Source: an uncultured Acidobacteriota bacterium
Lineage (GTDB): Bacteria; Acidobacteriota; UBA6911
Assembly (NCBI GenBank): GCA_963809485.1
Contig: CAWEJX010000019.1
Coordinates: 28,496 to 92,495 of the forward strand
Length of the DNA stretch: 64,000 nucleotides
Reading direction: 5' to 3'
Position numbers and translations under genes: made by a program. Numbering within the stretch: position 1 is the stretch's first letter; the number at the start of each line of letters is the position of its first letter. Shown here piece after piece: positions 59,173 through 64,000 of the stretch. The notes beneath the pieces were generated by a model. It saw nothing but the letters and a program-made list of their open reading frames with translations, ran no database searches and was not told where the DNA came from.

Positions 59173-61173
59173 TCAGAAGTTCAGGTTGAAGTTCAACAAA
59201 TGCCAGCTGAGAACGAAGAAGACATATCCGGCGGATCCCAGAAGAACGAACCCGCCCCACACCTTTGTCCAGATCCAGATCCGCGCATCCCGCCAGGACC
59301 GGAGCACGCAGTAGGCCACGACGAGGCTGCCCGCAGCTCCCAGCAGCCCCAAAACCTGGAGTGCATGAATCCAGCCATCGTATCGTTCGGTCAGTATTAC
59401 CTTCGGAATATCAGCCGAGAATATAGCAATGAGTATGCCAATAAAAAGCAGATTGATCAGGCAAACCACCCTGATTGCCCTCTGCCGCCGCTTTTGCCCG
59501 ACGGTCCATTCAAGCGGCCTGCCGTAATGCCTGCGGGCCATGGCGGCAATGGGCCAAAGCAGCAGGGTAAGCAGGAAAATCGCCAGGCTGCTGCCCAACA
59601 GGATCCTATGCAACAGGCCGTTCCGCAAGATGCCCACCTTCTGAAAAACCGCGTACGGCGCGTCGCTTGCCATCACCATGGATCCGTCCCCGCCAGCCTT
59701 CCATGCCAGCCTCGACTGACCGTTGACTTCCCGGAACAGCATCGGCCCGATCTGCTCAAAACGTTTCACTTCGCCGGCGAAGTTTTTGAATGCGTCCACG
59801 CTGATGGTTCCGTCGGAATTGGATGAGACGACAGCCTGGCTGAATGGATTGGCAACCGATAGGATATTGGTTTCCGAACGGCGGCTCGCGAGATAGCGGC
59901 CCGCAATTTTGCGGATGTCGCCGGATGCATCCGGAGCTTTCGGGCCGGCTGGGGGCTGATAGGGATAATACCGGTCCAGGAACCGCGCCCACAAGGCAGA
60001 CCGCGGAGAGGTTTCACCTTTGCCGGCACTGTTGTAAGAAACAAAAAAGCCGAGGTTTGTGTCCGGGACCAGATGAAGGTCGCTGTGGAACCACTCCGTG
60101 TCGCCGCCATGCCCGATAATGCGGTGCCCGTTGCGGGACTCCTCGTAGAAGCCCAGGGCCATCGCATTCGTGAAGGGAGTCGCTCCAAAAGCCGGCGCGT
60201 GCATGAGCCGGACTGTTTCAGGTTTCAAAATCTGAACGTCGCCATGGCTCCCTTCCTGGAGATGGGCGAGCATGAAGCGCGTCATGTCGTCGGCCGTCGT
60301 CGACACGCTTCCGGCGGGGAATGCCTGGACAAACTCGAAACCCTTGGCCGGTCCGGACGACCTGCCATATCCCTGCGACATGAGGCTCTTCAGCGTATCC
60401 GGCAGCGGCTGCTCAAAGGTCGTTCGATTCATCTTCAGCGGCTTGAATATGTGACGGTCGGCGTATTGGCAGAACGGCTCGCCCGAAATCCTTTGAACGA
60501 TGTATCCGGCAAGAGCTACGCCATAATTTGAATAAGCCGGCGTCGTGCCCGGAGGGAAAATGCGCGCCGGAAGATGCCGGGCGACGTACACATCCAGGGG
60601 ATACAAAGTGTCTGCGTCCTCCACAAACAGGAGCTTAACCGCTTCCTCGAACCCGGGCGTGTGCGTCATTAGGTTACGGAGTGTGATCGGCTTGCCCTCG
60701 AAGGCGGGAATCCTGAAGTCCAGGTAGGAGTTGACATCTTTATCGAGGTCGATTCTGCCCTGCTCGACGAGCTGCATTACCGCGGTCCACGTGAAGAGTT
60801 TCGAGATCGAGCCCGGCCGGAAAAGCGTGGCATCGGGACTCACAGGCTTCTTCTTTCCGACGTCCGCGTATCCATAGCCTTTGGCAAGAAGGACAGTTCC
60901 GTCCTTTACAACCGCGATGACGGCACCCGCGATCGCTTCCCTTTGAATCTGCAGCGGCACAATTCCGTCGAGAAAAGCTTCGGCATCTTCCCGGGTCATG
61001 CTCCGGCCGGATGCCGGGAGGGAGTAAGAGTTGGCCCGAACGGCTCCCGGGCTGGTTGCCGGCAAATCGGCTGCAGGCGAAGTGAACCCAAGCAATCCTG
61101 CGGCAGCTGCCAGGAGCGAAATAATCAGGAATTTAGCCGTGTATCGATTCAGCCGATCATTTTGGAATGCCAT
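59173..61173 (-). CDS. Serine hydrolase, beta-lactamase/PBP class C-like, with C-terminal membrane anchor
   Basis: SISK (SxxK), YSN, HGG; signal peptide; four C-terminal TM helices. Confidence 0.92.
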   Translation of the reverse strand: MAFQNDRLNRYTAKFLIISLLAAAAGLLGFTSPAADLPATSPGAVRANSYSLPASGRSMTREDAEAFLDGIVPLQIQREAIAGAVIAVVKDGTVLLAKGYGYADVGKKKPVSPDATLFRPGSISKLFTWTAVMQLVEQGRIDLDKDVNSYLDFRIPAFEGKPITLRNLMTHTPGFEEAVKLLFVEDADTLYPLDVYVARHLPARIFPPGTTPAYSNYGVALAGYIVQRISGEPFCQYADRHIFKPLKMNRTTFEQPLPDTLKSLMSQGYGRSSGPAKGFEFVQAFPAGSVSTTADDMTRFMLAHLQEGSHGDVQILKPETVRLMHAPAFGATPFTNAMALGFYEESRNGHRIIGHGGDTEWFHSDLHLVPDTNLGFFVSYNSAGKGETSPRSALWARFLDRYYPYQPPAGPKAPDASGDIRKIAGRYLASRRSETNILSVANPFSQAVVSSNSDGTISVDAFKNFAGEVKRFEQIGPMLFREVNGQSRLAWKAGGDGSMVMASDAPYAVFQKVGILRNGLLHRILLGSSLAIFLLTLLLWPIAAMARRHYGRPLEWTVGQKRRQRAIRVVCLINLLFIGILIAIFSADIPKVILTERYDGWIHALQVLGLLGAAGSLVVAYCVLRSWRDARIWIWTKVWGGFVLLGSAGYVFFVLSWHLLNFNLNF

Positions 61174-61288
61174 GAGAGCACCTCCGAAGAGCCATGATAC
61201 AGTCTCGATATGGGGTAATACGACACGCCTCGCCGTCTTTCAGTCGCCCCAATGGTGAGGATCGGTCCGATCCCTGGGCCATACCAGG

Positions 61289-61876
61289 CTAAAAACGCTT
61301 TGGTCGGTACAATCCTTTCCTGTTGGAACCCCAAAAACAAGCCTGCATAACCATGGGCTCAGCCTGAGCCAGGGCTCGCTCCATCCGCAGGTTGATTACG
61401 GGATAATGCCGCGCATTGTTCAGGTCGTCTTCGATGGAATCGAGCGGCTTTGCGGTTGTCCGCCATGAGATTGAATCGAACTTTCGGAGATTGACCGGAA
61501 CAGAATAACTGCGCAGGCTCTTGTAGCCATAAATGTTGAAGTAGCCGTCAAAATAGGACATCACCAGCTCCCTCAAACTGCGGTACACAGGCTCGCGCGA
61601 CTGAAGCATGGTGGTATTCGACTTCGCGACGGCGCCCCAGCCCGGTGAACGGTAAACCGCAATGATGTGGTCGTCGTCGTTCTTTGCCGTCAGGTCCACC
61701 AGGAGCGGCGGATATCCGAGCTGTTCGAGGGCCGCCGCCGCGTAAACCGCTCCATCGAAGCAGTTGGCGAGCCCTGTCTCTTCCACAATGCGAGGCGATC
61801 TCGCGCCTGCGCTTTCCCTGTATCGCAAGGCATTAACAAAGCGTTGAATTTCTGAAGGTTTCCGGAATCGTTGCAT
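61289..61876 (-). CDS. Conserved hypothetical protein, transglutaminase/papain-like
   Basis: NCFDGA...DDDHIIAVY...WGAVAKSN suggests a Cys/His catalytic core. Confidence 0.65.
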   Translation of the reverse strand: MQRFRKPSEIQRFVNALRYRESAGARSPRIVEETGLANCFDGAVYAAAALEQLGYPPLLVDLTAKNDDDHIIAVYRSPGWGAVAKSNTTMLQSREPVYRSLRELVMSYFDGYFNIYGYKSLRSYSVPVNLRKFDSISWRTTAKPLDSIEDDLNNARHYPVINLRMERALAQAEPMVMQACFWGSNRKGLYRPKRF

Positions 61877-62076
61877 GGTATATCCTATGGTCCTCCCGCA
61901 CCGGATGCCCGTCGGGATCAGGCATCTTCAACAGGGCCCAATCATACCGTATCCTCGATTGAGCCACGACAAAACCTGTTGCCAATTTTTGCTAAGTCAG
62001 TTTCCAGGGGTACAATGAGCTTCTGGGGCAAAGGCATCGGTATCGCTTTCGGAAACGTATCTCGACTTGGTATTGC

Positions 62077-62106
62077 TTGACAAATAGGAATAGTTACTAT
62101 TATGAT
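62077..62106 (+). promoter_or_regulatory. Sigma70 promoter overlapped by a PerR/Fur-type operator
   Basis: TTGACA-18 nt-TATGAT; the spacer is filled by the near-palindrome AATAGGAATAGTTACTATT (62083-62101). Confidence 0.7.
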
Positions 62107-62274
62107 CTGAGGCGTTCTGAAAGCTTCTTCAAGCAATGTTGGGCGGGCGCTGTGCTAATATTGTTCATCTAAAGGTTTTTAAAGGTTCGGCCGGAAAACC
62201 CGATCGGCTGTGCAGATCCGGACCCGGGCGCCTTCGCAGCTCAGCTGTAAAACAGAATAAAGGATTTTTGAAAA

Positions 62275-62712
62275 ATGCAGCGCGAAAAAGATCCCCAGTC
62301 GGAAACCGTACTTCGCCAGAAGTGTATGGAGCACAACCTGCGGGTGACTCCGCAACGGCTGGGAATTTACAGCTGCCTCCAGGGATCCAGGAAGCATCCC
62401 AGCGCAGATGCAGTTTTTCGGAAGATACGCAAAACCTTTCCCAACATTTCTTTTGACACCGTCAACAGGACTCTTCTTTCATTTGCTCATATGGGGATTC
62501 TGGATATCGTGGAGGGATACGGCTATCCCAAGCGCTTCGATCCGAACCTTGCACGCCACCATCATTTTCACTGTCTGAAGTGTCACCGCATCCTTGATTT
62601 TGAGGATCAATCGTTCGAAGGACTGAAGCCGCCCGAATCCATCACTCGCCGATGCAGGGTCACGGCGTACAAGGTCGTACTTGAAGGCATTTGCGATCAA
62701 TGTCAGAAGTAG
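62275..62712 (+). CDS. perR: Fur family regulator, PerR-like
   Basis: RVTPQR, HPSAD, RFD, HHHFHCLKC, CDQC; adjacent peroxidase gene. Confidence 0.8.
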   Translation: MQREKDPQSETVLRQKCMEHNLRVTPQRLGIYSCLQGSRKHPSADAVFRKIRKTFPNISFDTVNRTLLSFAHMGILDIVEGYGYPKRFDPNLARHHHFHCLKCHRILDFEDQSFEGLKPPESITRRCRVTAYKVVLEGICDQCQK

Positions 62713-63069
62713 CGAAACTCCAGGTTTCTTTCCATGGAGTCGGCATAAAACGATTTCCCGATGATTGAGCCGGTGCAGGCCAATTACGGGAGAAATCGCC
62801 CGGTACATAGATAGCACGTCTCATCACGGGTGTTATCACTGAAAGCGGTTTTCCTTGGCAGCAAGTTATCCGGGACTCAAGCCCGACGGCTATTGTTCAA
62901 GCGCGGACACTCTAACTGCTGGCGATCTCTTTTGCAGACAATGCCGTCACCCTAACAGCCGGCTTTGGTCCCAATGCGGTTGACTCATGTTTCCGCATAG
63001 GGATTCAAGGTCCAATATTCGTATCCGGCAGTGGATTCTGCAGTGTGTCACTGTAAATGGAGGTATGAA

Positions 63070-64000
63070 ATGAGAGCAAAACTGATCCGATGGTCCTTTG
63101 CTGCAGCGCTGCTGCTGGGCGTTGCAGACCTTGGCGCACAGAATGCGCCGGACCAGACACCCCTTGGGTTGCCCCCCCTGCTCATCCCGGCGCATAACTC
63201 TCAGACTCCCGAGAAGGTTGCGCTCGGCAAGAAGCTATTCGACGATAAGAGATTCAGCTCCACCGGTGATGTAGCCTGCGCCAACTGCCACGATGCGCAG
63301 AAAGCCTTCACCGACGGCCCGCTTCCGGTATCCGAAGGGATCAATAAACTTACCGGTACACGAAACGCCCCCACCGTTATTAACGCTGCCTATTTTGAGA
63401 CACAGTTCTGGGATGGCCGGTCGCCGACTCTGGAAGATCAGGCCCTTCACCCCTTCGTCAATCCTGTGGAAATGGGACTTAAGGACCATGAACCTATCCT
63501 GGCAATCGTCCGGTCGGACCCGGAATACGTCAAAGCGTTCAAGCAGGTTTTTGGAAAAGGCGGTTCTGAAATCACTATGGATGAAGTCACGGCTGCGATT
63601 GCCGCATTCGAGCGCACCCAGGTGTTCGGGAACTCCCCTTTTGACCGCTATTATTTCAAGGGCGATCAAAACGCTCTCACGCCGGCCCAAAAACGCGGCC
63701 TGGATATTTTCGTAAACCAGGGGCGCTGCGTCTCATGCCACATTATCGAACAGACCCAGGCCCTTTTTACGGACAGCCGGTTCCACAATATCGGGGTCGG
63801 AATCAACCCAATTCAAAAGGAAGTGCCCGACCTGGCAGGGGAATTTCTCAAGGCCAAGTACACCAAGACAGAGGTCGATCCAAAGTCCTTTCGGACAAGC
63901 GAACTTCGGAACTGGGACGGCTTGTGGAAACCCGTCGGTTTGACGACATCGGCAACTTCAAGACGCCCACGCTTCGCAACATAGCCGTCACTGCGCCTTA
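63070..64000 (+). CDS. Di-heme cytochrome c peroxidase (CcpA/MauG family), frameshifted near 63880 and running off the window
   Basis: Signal peptide; LGKKLFDD, CANCH, RNAPT, QFWDGR, CVSCH; FKTPTLRNIAVTAP continues in another frame. Confidence 0.9.

Noticed and set aside
59173-61173. Bona fide antibiotic-resistance beta-lactamase
   Set aside because: Membrane-anchored serine hydrolase architecture is widespread and usually a peptidase or esterase; motifs alone do not show resistance
125-63715. Numerous overlapping or antisense ORFs in the six-frame track
   Set aside because: Shadow ORFs of high-GC coding regions with no motifs or RBS, overlapping well-supported genes

Overview
A 64-kb, GC-rich window from what looks like an anaerobic or facultative heterotroph. 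Orphan MacB-type permeases, tannase-family esterases and Gly/Pro-rich loops resemble Acidobacteriota, but this is an unverified impression. The window is dominated by accessory catabolic genes: two tannase/feruloyl-esterase genes (one internally deleted), two xanthine-dehydrogenase-family Mo-hydroxylase operons, a DMSO-reductase-family molybdoenzyme, a MoaF-like/SnoaL-like gene pair, three family III CoA-transferases, two HAD/ECH + thiolase pairs, a FAD/Fe-S/FAD oxidoreductase triplet and several transporters. It also holds tandem ATP- and PPi-type phosphofructokinases and a PerR + cytochrome c peroxidase module. Non-coding DNA is rich in repeats: 4-5 non-autonomous IS200/IS605-like elements with nested palindromes, REP-like doublets, and an 8-unit higher-order tandem array inside a Mo-enzyme operon. 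The best leads are (i) an in-frame TGA followed by a SECIS-like hairpin in a YCF48/BNR lipoprotein (possible new selenoprotein), (ii) a Tat-exported Mo-hydroxylase with His in place of the catalytic Glu and a C2H2-like finger in its Fe-S subunit, and (iii) the tandem array. Clustered single-base frameshifts (41.8-42.3, 49.1-50.0 and 63.9 kb) probably reflect sequencing errors. I saw no rRNA, tRNA or CRISPR array. All calls come from motif recognition; no database searches were run.
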